Shown one piece after another: positions 8,048-17,600 of a DNA stretch of 64,000 nucleotides (position 1 is its first letter; each line of letters opens with the position of its first letter). The stretch is from contig JAFTQJ010000017.1 of NCBI GenBank assembly GCA_017462785.1, positions 2,064-66,063 on the forward strand, given 5' to 3'. The position numbers were made by a program, and so were the translations under genes. The DNA is from Oscillospiraceae bacterium (GTDB lineage: Bacteria; Bacillota; Clostridia; Oscillospirales; Ruminococcaceae). The notes below the pieces were generated by a model. It saw only the letters and a list, made by a program, of their open reading frames with translations, did no database searches and had not been told where the DNA came from.

Positions 8048-10090
8048 ATGAAAAAGTGGATGATTAACAAAGTGGATCCGGAGGTCGTCAGACAGCTCCG
8101 GAATAAGAGTGATCTCTCATGGCTCTGCTGCATGGTGCTTGCATCGCAGGGATGTATTGACATTGCACAGGCTGGCGAGCTGATCGGCTGTCAGGAGCTG
8201 AGTGACCCCTTCCTTCTGCGGGATATGAAGGAGGCGGCGGACTGCATCAATGCGGCGATCGATGAGGGAAAACGGATCTGTGTATTCGGTGACTACGACT
8301 GCGACGGCGTGACTGCCACTGTGATCCTCTATTCGTTCCTGTCGGAAATGGGGGCGGATGTCACATGGCGGATCCCCGAACGCAGTGAGGGCTATGGACT
8401 GAATGAAGCGGCGGTGCGTGAGATGCATGCGGACGGGACACAGCTCATCATTACTGTGGACAACGGCATTTCGGCGATCCGTGAGGCGGAGCTGATCGCA
8501 GAGCTTGGCATGGAGCTGGTCGTCACTGATCACCACCAGCCCGGCAGTACTCTCCCCCGTGCGGCGGCTGTGGTGGATGCCCACTGTGAGGATAATTTCT
8601 CCCCTTTCCGCCTGTACTGCGGTGCAGGCATTGCCCTCCTCCTCGTTGCTGCACTCAATGACGGTGATGTGGACATGGCTCTGGAGCAGTTCGGCGATCT
8701 TGCGGCAATTGCGACCATTGCCGATGTGGTGTCGCTGACGGGTGAAAACCGCCTGCTTGTGCAGATGGGCTTGCAGTATCTTGAAAATACGGAACGTGCC
8801 GGACTGCGTGCTCTGCGTGAGGTCAGCGGTCTTTCGGGGAAGGAGCTGACCGCCTCAAATGTTGCATTCGGGCTGTCCCCACGCATCAATGCGGCTGGCA
8901 GACTGCGTTCCCCCAGACTTGCGGTGGAGCTTTTGCTGGAAGAGGATCCACGCAGAGCCATGCAGCTGGCAGAGGAGCTGAACGGCATCAACAGCGAACG
9001 CCGTGAGCTGGAAGCGGAGATCATTGAAGCCGCCATGCAGCAGGCGGCACAGCATCCGGAAATGCTGCACGAACGGGTGCTGGTGTTCAGCGGTCAGGGC
9101 TGGCACACCGGCGTGATCGGCATTGTGGCTTCCCGTCTGGTGGAACGGTTCGGAAAGCCCTGCATCATGATCGGCGTGGAGGACGGCGTGGGACATGGCT
9201 CGGCAAGAAGCTTCGGGGATTTCTCCGTGTTCGGCTGTCTGACGGCATGTGAAAAGCACCTGACCAAATACGGCGGTCATCCGGCTGCCGGAGGACTGAC
9301 GATCCCGGAGGAGGAGATCCCTGCTTTCATTCAGAGCGTTGCGGCATATGCGGCGGCGAATCATCCGGAAATGCCGGAGCTGGAACTGAAGGCGGCATGC
9401 TCCCTGAAGCCCGAACAGCTCACAGTCGAAGAGATCCGGAGTCTTTCGCAGCTTGAACCGTTCGGGGCAGGCAATCCAGAGCCGGTGTTTGCGATTGAGA
9501 ACGCCCGTGTACTGGAGATCCGTCCGCTTTCGGAGGGCGTACATACCAAGCTCCGTGTGGAGGTGCAGGGCATGACCTGCGATGCACTTCTGTTCCGCAC
9601 ACCGCCCGAACGGGTGGCGTTGTCGGTGGGAAGTGTGTGTCACCTGATGGTAAAGCTCGGTGTGAATACCTTCAACAATACCGCAAGGGTACAGATGGTG
9701 GTGCAGGACTACCGCATTTCCGGTATCAAGCAGACAAAGATCCTTTCCGCACTGCGGACGTATGAAGCCTACCGGAGGGGTGAGGCACTCTCACCGGCAG
9801 TTTTGCAGGCGATCACGCCCTCACGGGAGGACTGCATTGCAGTCTACAAGGCAGTTCCGGCAAAGGGGGTATCCCTTTCCGAGCTGATGCTCACGATGTA
9901 CGGGCAGGACATCAACTGCTGCAAAATGCGGATATGCCTTGATATTTTCTGTGAGCTTGGTCTGATGATACAGGATCTGTGCGAAGGCAGCGTAAGACTG
10001 CCGCAGGAGAAGAAGCAGGCTGATCTGAATGCGTCTGCGATCCTGCGTGATTTACATGAACGATTGAAGGAGGTACGGAATCATGGATGA
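8048..10090 (+). CDS. recJ: single-stranded-DNA-specific exonuclease RecJ
   Basis: DHH family motifs are present: VFGDYDCDGVTA, ITVDNGI, VVTDHHQP and GGHPAAGG. I set the start at ATG 8048 (MKKWMINKVD) after GGGAG. The track ORF begins further upstream at 7982. Confidence 0.9.
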   Translation: MKKWMINKVDPEVVRQLRNKSDLSWLCCMVLASQGCIDIAQAGELIGCQELSDPFLLRDMKEAADCINAAIDEGKRICVFGDYDCDGVTATVILYSFLSEMGADVTWRIPERSEGYGLNEAAVREMHADGTQLIITVDNGISAIREAELIAELGMELVVTDHHQPGSTLPRAAAVVDAHCEDNFSPFRLYCGAGIALLLVAALNDGDVDMALEQFGDLAAIATIADVVSLTGENRLLVQMGLQYLENTERAGLRALREVSGLSGKELTASNVAFGLSPRINAAGRLRSPRLAVELLLEEDPRRAMQLAEELNGINSERRELEAEIIEAAMQQAAQHPEMLHERVLVFSGQGWHTGVIGIVASRLVERFGKPCIMIGVEDGVGHGSARSFGDFSVFGCLTACEKHLTKYGGHPAAGGLTIPEEEIPAFIQSVAAYAAANHPEMPELELKAACSLKPEQLTVEEIRSLSQLEPFGAGNPEPVFAIENARVLEIRPLSEGVHTKLRVEVQGMTCDALLFRTPPERVALSVGSVCHLMVKLGVNTFNNTARVQMVVQDYRISGIKQTKILSALRTYEAYRRGEALSPAVLQAITPSREDCIAVYKAVPAKGVSLSELMLTMYGQDINCCKMRICLDIFCELGLMIQDLCEGSVRLPQEKKQADLNASAILRDLHERLKEVRNHG

Positions 10091-12281
10091 CAATGTAGTA
10101 ACCATTGATGAGCTGGTACAGCTGATGCTGACCAATGACAAGCAGTATGATCTGACAAAGGTTATTTCTGCGTATGAATTCGCAGCCAAGGCACACGAAG
10201 GGCAGTTCCGTTCCTCCGGTCAGCCCTATATCATCCATCCGCTTGCGGTTGCCAAGAGCCTGCTGGAGCTGGGCATGGACACGGATACCGTCTGTGCCGC
10301 CCTCCTGCATGATGTGGTGGAGGATACGGAGGCAACACAGGAGGACTTGCAGGAACGCTTCGGGCGGACGGTTGCCATGCTCGTGGAGGGCGTGACCAAG
10401 CTCAAAAGCATTCCGATGTTCAACAAGGAACAGCAGCAGGCGGAGAATGTCCGCAAAATGATGCTCGCCATGTCCAAGGACATCCGTGTCATCATCATCA
10501 AGCTCTGCGACCGTCTGCACAACATGCATACACTCGGCTTCCGTCCGGTGGAAAAGCAGAAGAGCACCGCACACGAAACCATGCACATCTATGTGCCGCT
10601 TGCCAATCGTCTGGGCATCCGCAAGGTCAAGGATGAGCTGGAGGATCTCTCCTTCTACTATCTGGACTATTATGCCTACAGCGAGATCGAGAACATCCTG
10701 CAAATGAAGCGTGGTGAGCGTGAAGCGTTCATCAGCTCGATCAAGGAGCAGATCCTTGATCGACTGAAACATGAAAAGTTCGTGACAACACCTGAAATTT
10801 CCGGAAGAGTCAAGAGTCCCTACAGCATCTACCGGAAAATTTACATCCAGCACAAGGAATACGACCAGATCTTCGACAAATATGCAGTCCGCATCATCGT
10901 TTCCACGGAGATCGAATGCTATCAGGTGCTGGGCATCATCCATGAGATGTACCGTCCCCTGCCCAACCGCTTCAAGGACTACATCTCCATGCCGAAATCC
11001 AACATGTACCAGTCACTGCACACCACCGTACTCGGCAGGGAGGGCATTCCCTTTGAGGTGCAGATCCGCACATGGGATATGCACTGGACGGCAGAATACG
11101 GCATTGCCGCACACTGGAAGTACAAGGAGGGCGTTCAGCACGAGGATAAGATGGACCAGCGTCTTTCATGGATCCGTCAGGCTCTGGAGCTGCAGCAGTC
11201 CTCCGATGATGTGGAGGAGATCGTCAGCATCATCAAGAATGACATTGCTCCCGAGGACATCTACGTCATGACTCCCAAGGGTGATACCATTGCACTGCCG
11301 GTCGGTGCGAATGCGATCGACTTTGCCTACCGCATCCATACGCAGATCGGACACAAGACCATCGGTGCCAAGGTGGACAGAAGGATCGTGCCGCTGGACT
11401 ATGAGCTGCAGACCGGTCAGATCGTCGAGATCCTGACCAGCAAGGATCCTGAAAAGGGTCCGAACCGTGCATGGCTGGAGATTGCCAAGACCAACGAGGC
11501 GAAATCCAAGATCCGTTCGTGGTTCAAGAAGGAGAAGCGTGAAGAGAATATCGTGACCGGACGCAGCATGCTGGAGAAGGAATTCCGCCGCAATAAGATC
11601 AGGATCACGGAGGAACAGCTTGAAGAATTCCTTGCGGATGACCTCAAGCGGCACAACTGCGGTACACTGGAGGATTTCTTCGCCTCGATCGGCTACGGGG
11701 GCATCATCCTTTCCAAGCTCATGCCCAGATGGAAGGATCTGTACCACAAGAATTATCTCGACCCTGACAGCGAACCGGAGGAACAGCCCATCATCAAGCC
11801 CGTTCGTTCCCTGAGCAGCAATCCGATCACGCTCGATGACATCAGCGACTGTGCGGTGAAATTTGCACAGTGCTGCAATCCCCTGCCCGGTGATGAGATC
11901 GTGGGCTTCATTACCAGAGGTCACGGCATTTCTGTACATACTACAAGCTGCACCAATTACCGTTCCATGCTCGGGCGTGATCTGCCCGAAGAGAAGGAAC
12001 GCTGGGTCGAAGTGCAGTGGACGGATTCGTCCGATACCGCCATGCAGACGGGCATCGAGGTCATTGCCAATGACCGTGTGGGTCTGGTGTATGACATCTC
12101 GGCGATCCTGACAGAAGCACGCATCCCGATCGTGCATTCCTCTTCCCATATCCTCAAAAACGGAAATGCGGTCTTTGACGCATCCATCCGTATCGTCAAT
12201 AAATCCCAGCTCACTGCCGTTTTTGACCGCATCCGCAGGATCAAGGGTGTGATCTCGGTGGAGAGAGCACAGAACAGCTGA
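10083..12281 (+). CDS. relA: bifunctional (p)ppGpp synthetase/hydrolase (RelA/SpoT family)
   Basis: 732 aa. It has the HD hydrolase motif (HPLAVA...HDVVEDT), the synthetase block (RVKSPYSIYRKI...DYISMPKSNMYQSLHTTV), and TGS and C-terminal ACT regions. Its start overlaps the recJ stop by 8 nt. Confidence 0.95.
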   Translation: MDDNVVTIDELVQLMLTNDKQYDLTKVISAYEFAAKAHEGQFRSSGQPYIIHPLAVAKSLLELGMDTDTVCAALLHDVVEDTEATQEDLQERFGRTVAMLVEGVTKLKSIPMFNKEQQQAENVRKMMLAMSKDIRVIIIKLCDRLHNMHTLGFRPVEKQKSTAHETMHIYVPLANRLGIRKVKDELEDLSFYYLDYYAYSEIENILQMKRGEREAFISSIKEQILDRLKHEKFVTTPEISGRVKSPYSIYRKIYIQHKEYDQIFDKYAVRIIVSTEIECYQVLGIIHEMYRPLPNRFKDYISMPKSNMYQSLHTTVLGREGIPFEVQIRTWDMHWTAEYGIAAHWKYKEGVQHEDKMDQRLSWIRQALELQQSSDDVEEIVSIIKNDIAPEDIYVMTPKGDTIALPVGANAIDFAYRIHTQIGHKTIGAKVDRRIVPLDYELQTGQIVEILTSKDPEKGPNRAWLEIAKTNEAKSKIRSWFKKEKREENIVTGRSMLEKEFRRNKIRITEEQLEEFLADDLKRHNCGTLEDFFASIGYGGIILSKLMPRWKDLYHKNYLDPDSEPEEQPIIKPVRSLSSNPITLDDISDCAVKFAQCCNPLPGDEIVGFITRGHGISVHTTSCTNYRSMLGRDLPEEKERWVEVQWTDSSDTAMQTGIEVIANDRVGLVYDISAILTEARIPIVHSSSHILKNGNAVFDASIRIVNKSQLTAVFDRIRRIKGVISVERAQNS

Positions 12282-12351
12282 ATCCGATGCTCCGGAGGTC
12301 TGCATGCACATTCCTCCGGAGCATGACAATCTATCAGAAAAGGAGATCGCT

Positions 12352-12897
12352 ATGCAGCTTCAGAATATCTGGCATCATTTCTGCACCATCACCCGTCACC
12401 GCCACATGGTCATCCGGCACTGCCGGAAGGCTGGCATCTTCTGGCAGGGATTGCAGCATGATCTGTCAAAATATTCCCCCACGGAATTTTTCGCAGGCGT
12501 GAAATACTATCAGGGAACACGCAGCCCGAATGAGCAGGAACGTGCGGAGCAGGGCTATTCCCTTGCATGGATGCACCACAAGGGACGCAACCGCCACCAT
12601 TTCGAGTACTGGACGGACTACTATACCGGATCCGGCAAGCTCGAACCTGTGAAAATGCCGCTGCGGTTCGTTGCGGAGATGTTCTGTGACCGTGTGGCTG
12701 CCAGCAAGATCTACAACGGTGAACGCTATCAGGACAGCGATGCACTCACCTATTTTCTGAAAGCCAAGCAGCAGAGATTCATCCATCCGGACACCTCCCA
12801 GCTGCTGGAATCGCTCCTGCGGATGCTTGCAGAGGAGGGTGAGGAAAAAACCTTTGCACATCTTCGCAGGCTGATCAAAGAAGTCAAAACATATTAA
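12352..12897 (+). CDS. DUF5662-like hypothetical protein
   Basis: I set the start at ATG 12352 ([10 protein letters not shown]) after AAAGGAG. The motif [11 protein letters not shown] and the ~180-aa size resemble DUF5662 as I remember it. Function unknown. Confidence 0.45.
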   Translation: MQLQNIWHHFCTITRHRHMVIRHCRKAGIFWQGLQHDLSKYSPTEFFAGVKYYQGTRSPNEQERAEQGYSLAWMHHKGRNRHHFEYWTDYYTGSGKLEPVKMPLRFVAEMFCDRVAASKIYNGERYQDSDALTYFLKAKQQRFIHPDTSQLLESLLRMLAEEGEEKTFAHLRRLIKEVKTY

Positions 12898-12910
12898 TGG
12901 AGGTCATTTT

Positions 12911-14161
12911 ATGGAGCAGAAATATACAATTGCGGTTGCAGGAACGGGCTATGTGGGACTAAGCATTGCGGTGCTCCTCTCACAGCATCATACAGTACGG
13001 GCGGTGGACATCATCCCTGAAAAGGTGGAGCAGATCAACCGCCGCAGATCCCCGATCCAGGACAAGGAGATCGAGGAATACCTCGCTGAAAAGGAGCTTG
13101 ATCTGACAGCTACGCTCGATGCGGAGGCAGCCTATCGGGATGCAGATTTTGTGGTCATTGCCGCACCGACCAATTATGACAGCCGGAAGAATTTCTTCGA
13201 TACCTCCGCTGTGGAGGATGTGATCGCCTCCGTCATGCGTGTGAATCCTGATGCTGTCATGGTCATCAAGTCCACGATTCCGGTCGGCTATACGCAGTCC
13301 ATCCGTGAAAAGACGGGGAGCAGAAAGATCCTGTTCAGTCCGGAATTTCTCCGTGAAAGCAAGGCACTCTATGACAATCTCTACCCCTCACGCATCATTG
13401 TCGGCACGGATCCGGAGGATGCGGAGCTGACGCAGGCTGCCCATACCTTTGCAGCACTTTTGCAGGAGGGTGCGATCAAGGAGAACATTGAAACGCTCTT
13501 TATGGGCTTTACGGAGGCGGAGGCGGTCAAGCTCTTTGCGAATACCTACCTTGCCCTGCGTGTTTCCTATTTCAATGAGCTGGACACCTATGCAGAGATG
13601 AAGGGACTCGACACGCAGAAGATCATCGAGGGTGTCTGCCTTGACCCGAGGATCGGGACACATTACAACAACCCGAGCTTCGGCTACGGCGGCTATTGTC
13701 TGCCGAAGGATACCAAGCAGCTTCTGGCAAATTATGAGGATGTGCCGGAGAATCTGATCGAAGCGATCGTGGAGTCGAACCGCACGAGAAAGGATTTCAT
13801 TGCAGACCGTGTATTGCAGATGGCTGGCTATTACGGCTATGGTGAGGACAACACCTATGACAAGTGTAAGGAAAAGCCGGTGACGATCGGCGTATACCGC
13901 CTGACGATGAAATCGAATTCCGACAATTTCCGGCAGAGCAGCATTCAGGGTGTCATGAAGCGGATCAAGGCAAAGGGTGCATCCGTCATCATCTATGAGC
14001 CGACGCTTGCGGATGGTGAAACCTTTTTCGGCAGCAAAGTGGTCAATGATCTGGAGGCATTCAAACAGCAGTGCAGTGCCATCATTGCCAACCGCTATGA
14101 TGCCTGTCTGGATGATGTGCAGGATAAGGTGTACACCAGAGATATTTTCAGACGTGATTGA
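12911..14161 (+). CDS. ugd: UDP-glucose 6-dehydrogenase
   Basis: 416 aa with an N-terminal Rossmann motif [12 protein letters not shown]. It carries the catalytic Cys block [10 protein letters not shown], typical of the UDP-glucose/GDP-mannose dehydrogenase family. Confidence 0.9.
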   Translation: MEQKYTIAVAGTGYVGLSIAVLLSQHHTVRAVDIIPEKVEQINRRRSPIQDKEIEEYLAEKELDLTATLDAEAAYRDADFVVIAAPTNYDSRKNFFDTSAVEDVIASVMRVNPDAVMVIKSTIPVGYTQSIREKTGSRKILFSPEFLRESKALYDNLYPSRIIVGTDPEDAELTQAAHTFAALLQEGAIKENIETLFMGFTEAEAVKLFANTYLALRVSYFNELDTYAEMKGLDTQKIIEGVCLDPRIGTHYNNPSFGYGGYCLPKDTKQLLANYEDVPENLIEAIVESNRTRKDFIADRVLQMAGYYGYGEDNTYDKCKEKPVTIGVYRLTMKSNSDNFRQSSIQGVMKRIKAKGASVIIYEPTLADGETFFGSKVVNDLEAFKQQCSAIIANRYDACLDDVQDKVYTRDIFRRD

Positions 14162-14236
14162 TAGAGAGGCCCCCTGTTTCCAACAGGGGGTCAGCTTGTC
14201 AAAAAAGTCTTTTTTGGGGGTTAGAACCCCAAAGAT

Positions 14237-14331
14237 TGCCCCCACCCCAACCCCTCCCCCAAAGGGGGAGGGGCTATATTGCGAGGGTACTGCGTATCCT
14301 CAACCCGCCAAAGGACTTCGTCCTTTGAACC
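14237..14331. repeat. GC-rich double-hairpin intergenic repeat, copy B
   Basis: tgcccccaccccaaCCCCTCCCCcaaaGGGGGAGGGGctatattgcGAGGGTACtgcGTATCCTCaacccgccAAAGGACttcGTCCTTTgaacc. It is preceded by two more hairpins: CCCCCTG..CAGGGGG at 14170-14190 and GGGGTTagaAACCCC. Confidence 0.7.
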
Positions 14332-14455
14332 TAACAAGGTTTTTCAACATATTTTACGCAGATTTTACAAATGTCCGCTATCAGATTTGACAATCCGGTG
14401 GTAAACTGTATATGTCACAAAACAGTGCACAGCACTGTCAGAAAGGAAACTGATT

Positions 14456-16201
14456 ATGGACATTTTTGACGTTCTTGCCCTGATCGGCGGTTTGTGCCTC
14501 TTCCTCTTCGGCATGAACCTCATGGGCGATGCACTGGAACGCAGTGCAGGCAACAAGCTCCGCTCCCTCCTCGAAAAGCTGACCACCAACAAGGCAGCAG
14601 GTCTGCTGACCGGTCTTGCAGTGACCGGTGTCATCCAGAGTTCTTCCGCAACGACGGTTATGGTCGTGGGCTTTGTCAACTCCGGTCTGATGACCCTCAA
14701 GCAGGCGATCAATGTCATCATGGGTGCCAACATCGGTACGACCGTGACTGCATGGCTCCTCAGCCTTGGCGGTATCGAGAGCGACAATCTCTTCATTCAG
14801 CTCCTCAAACCCACCTCCTTCACTCCCGTCCTCGCTCTGATCGGTATCGGTCTGCACATGTTCTCCAAGAGCGACAAGAAGAAGGAGATCGGCACGATCT
14901 TCCTCGGCTTTGCAACACTGATGTTCGGCATGGATGCCATGTCCGATGCGGTTTCCGGTCTGCGTGATGTACCGCAGTTCCAGGAGCTGTTCATCATGTT
15001 CAAAAACCCCATCCTCGGTGTCATTGCCGGTGCGATCCTGACGGGCATCATCCAGTCCAGCTCCGCTTCCGTTGGTATTTTGCAGGCACTGGCAAGCACG
15101 GGACAGGTTTCCTTCGGTGCTGCCGTTCCGATCATCATGGGTCAGAACATCGGTACCTGCGTGACTGCACTGCTCTCCTCCGTGGGTACAAGCAAGAACG
15201 CAAGACGTGCGGCATTTGTGCACCTGTTCTTCAACATCATCGGTACTGTGATCCTGCTGACGGTGTTCTCCATCGTATCCGCTGTGCTCCAGCCCGTGAT
15301 CCTGAACGAATCCGCAACCTACATGGGCATTGCGGTCTGCCACTCCATCTTCAACATCACCTGCACCGCCATCCTTCTCCCGATGTCCGGTCTGCTGGAA
15401 AAGCTCGTTTACAAGCTGGTTCCGGAGGACAGAAAGGAAGAGGAAACACCCCTCCTCGACGAGCGTCTGCTGGTAACGCCCCCCATCGCACTCGAACAGT
15501 GTGCTCACCGTGCAGCTGATCTGGCAAATTTCGCAGCGGACGGACTGAGCAACAGCCTGAAAATCCTCTCCGCCTACACCCCCGAGCTTGCGGCTTCCAT
15601 TCGTGAGAACGAGGAGAAGAGCGACCAGTATGAGGATCTGCTCAGCACCTACCTTGTCAAGCTCAGTTCCCATCAGATCTCTGTTTCCGACAGTGAGGAA
15701 GCTGCAAAGCTTCTGAAGATCATCGGTGATTTCGAGCGAATTTCCGACCACAGCGTCAATATTCTGGCTTCTGCGGAGGAAATGCGTGAGAAGAACATCC
15801 AGCTTACACCGGCGGCAGTCAAGGAGCTTTCCGTGATGTGTGCAGCCGTACAGGAGGTCACAAACCTTGCACTGACCGCATTCCTGCATAATGATCTTGC
15901 AGCGGCTGCAAAGGTAGAACCGCTGGAGGAGGTCATCGACAAGCTGCGTGAAAAGCTGCGTTCCAGACATATCCAGCGTTTGCAGCAGGGTGACTGCTCC
16001 ATCATTGCAGGCTTTATCTGGTCGGATCTGCTGACCAATCTGGAGCGTACTGCGGATCACTGCTCCAACATTGCCGGCTGTGTCATTGACATGGCGGATG
16101 AAAACCTGAACCTCCATGAATCCCTCCGTGAGATGCGTGACAGCAACGAGGACTTCAAGAAGAGCTATCAGGTGTACCGTGAAAAGTACAGCATTGTATA
16201 A
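14456..16201 (+). CDS. Na/Pi cotransporter family protein with a PhoU-like C-terminal domain
   Basis: 581 aa. It has the duplicated QSSSATT / QSSSASV transporter motifs in a polytopic N-terminal half. The C-terminal half is helical and PhoU-like. Confidence 0.85.
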   Translation: MDIFDVLALIGGLCLFLFGMNLMGDALERSAGNKLRSLLEKLTTNKAAGLLTGLAVTGVIQSSSATTVMVVGFVNSGLMTLKQAINVIMGANIGTTVTAWLLSLGGIESDNLFIQLLKPTSFTPVLALIGIGLHMFSKSDKKKEIGTIFLGFATLMFGMDAMSDAVSGLRDVPQFQELFIMFKNPILGVIAGAILTGIIQSSSASVGILQALASTGQVSFGAAVPIIMGQNIGTCVTALLSSVGTSKNARRAAFVHLFFNIIGTVILLTVFSIVSAVLQPVILNESATYMGIAVCHSIFNITCTAILLPMSGLLEKLVYKLVPEDRKEEETPLLDERLLVTPPIALEQCAHRAADLANFAADGLSNSLKILSAYTPELAASIRENEEKSDQYEDLLSTYLVKLSSHQISVSDSEEAAKLLKIIGDFERISDHSVNILASAEEMREKNIQLTPAAVKELSVMCAAVQEVTNLALTAFLHNDLAAAAKVEPLEEVIDKLREKLRSRHIQRLQQGDCSIIAGFIWSDLLTNLERTADHCSNIAGCVIDMADENLNLHESLREMRDSNEDFKKSYQVYREKYSIV

Positions 16202-16221
16202 TGTTGATTCCCTTCTCTTTC

Positions 16222-16252
16222 TCCCCCCGTCGTATGATGGGGGGAATTTTGT
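16222..16252 (+). terminator. intrinsic terminator after the Na/Pi cotransporter gene
   Basis: TCCCCCC, a 10-nt loop, GGGGGGA, then ATTTTGT. Confidence 0.7.
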
Positions 16253-16299
16253 AAATACTATCAACTGTAAACCACAAACAGAGCGAAAAGGAGAAACCT

Positions 16300-17490
16300 A
16301 TGCAGATCTTCCAGCATGCACTTGCACTCAAAGAAGAAACCATCGCACACCGCCGTTATTTCCACCAGAATGCCGAAACCGGAACGGAAATGCCACTTGC
16401 CCGTCACTACATCCTGCATGAGCTGCAAATGCTCGGGATCGAAGCACAGTCCTGCGGCGGCGGTATCGTGGCAGAGATCGGAAACGGTGCACACACCATC
16501 CTCCTGCGTGCGGATATGGATGCTCTGCCCATGCCGGAGGAAAGCGGTCTGCCGTTTGCATGCCCGACCGGAAAGGCGGCTCACACCTGCGGTCATGATC
16601 TGCATGCAGCAATGCTCCTGACAGCGGCAAAGCTCCTCAAAGCCGGAGAATCCGACCTCTGCGGCAGAGTACGGCTGATGTTCCAGCCGGCGGAGGAACT
16701 GCTGTGCGGAGCAAAGAAAATGCTCGCCTGCGGCTTGCTCCGTGACCCAAAGCCGGAGGCGGCACTCGCTGTGCATGTGGGTCCAAGCGGAAATGTGGGG
16801 GAATGCTGGTACAATGCGGAAAGTACCATGATGCTTTCCTGTGATGCCTTTTCCATTACGGTACAGGGCAGGGGCGGTCATAGTGCCTACCCCCACCGCT
16901 GCACCGACCCCATCGGAGCCGCTGTGCAGATCTGCAATGCACTCGGGCATCTTGTACAGCATGAAAGCGATCCGGCACACAATACAGTACTCACCATCGG
17001 CAGTATCCACGCAGGAACGGCGTACAATATCATTCCCGAAACTGCGGTGCTCGAAGGCAGTCTGCGGACGGAGCATCCGGAGGAGCGTGCACGCCTGATG
17101 GAACGCATCCGTGAAACAGCGGTGCAGACCGCTGGTGCGTACCGCTGCCGTGTGCGGCTCTCGATGCTTGCGGAGAATCCTCCCCTGCTCTGTGACCGCC
17201 GCTTCACAGAGGATGCGGTGCGGCTTGCTGGAGAGCTGCCCGATGCGGTATTCCATTCCGGCATCCGTTCCTCCGGTTCGGATGATTTTGCAGAGATCAC
17301 CGCCAGAATCCCCTCTGCCTATCTCTTTCTCGCAGCCGGTTTTCCGGATGCTCCCTCCCACCCAAGCCACCATCCGGCTGTCCGGTTCAATGAGGATGTC
17401 CTCTCCTTCGGGGCGGCTCTGCTGGCTCACTGTGCTACCGGCTGGCTGCGTTCTCAAACAAAGAGTGAACATCTCAAATCTGGGTTGTAA
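16300..17490 (+). CDS. M20 family amidohydrolase (N-acyl-amino acid / hippurate hydrolase type)
   Basis: 396 aa. It has the M20D pattern RRYFHQNAETG, LLRADMDALPMPE and AHTCGHDLH. AAAGGAG lies upstream of the ATG. Confidence 0.85.
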   Translation: MQIFQHALALKEETIAHRRYFHQNAETGTEMPLARHYILHELQMLGIEAQSCGGGIVAEIGNGAHTILLRADMDALPMPEESGLPFACPTGKAAHTCGHDLHAAMLLTAAKLLKAGESDLCGRVRLMFQPAEELLCGAKKMLACGLLRDPKPEAALAVHVGPSGNVGECWYNAESTMMLSCDAFSITVQGRGGHSAYPHRCTDPIGAAVQICNALGHLVQHESDPAHNTVLTIGSIHAGTAYNIIPETAVLEGSLRTEHPEERARLMERIRETAVQTAGAYRCRVRLSMLAENPPLLCDRRFTEDAVRLAGELPDAVFHSGIRSSGSDDFAEITARIPSAYLFLAAGFPDAPSHPSHHPAVRFNEDVLSFGAALLAHCATGWLRSQTKSEHLKSGL

Positions 17491-17538
17491 TTTCCGGAAT
17501 AATCAAAAATAATTCAAACTCTCTTTCCGCTTGGGTAC

Positions 17539-17567
17539 TTGTAATTCCTTCCGGAATGTGGTAAAAT
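17539..17567 (+). promoter_or_regulatory. sigma-70 promoter for the esterase gene
   Basis: TTGTAA (17539-17544), a 17-nt spacer ending in TGG, then TAAAAT (17562-17567). The extended -10 context is present. Confidence 0.55.
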
Positions 17568-17600
17568 AGAGGTATCACAATCAAAGAGGGGGAATTTTGT

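Noticed and set aside
14422-14438. The palindrome ACAGTGC-aca-GCACTGT upstream of the Na/Pi transporter resembles CAGTGC-atcc-GCACTG upstream of pduL (61555-61570). I considered a shared operator.
   Set aside because: There are only two instances. They differ in spacer length and in distance to the start codons, and the genes have no obvious functional link. This is compatible with chance.
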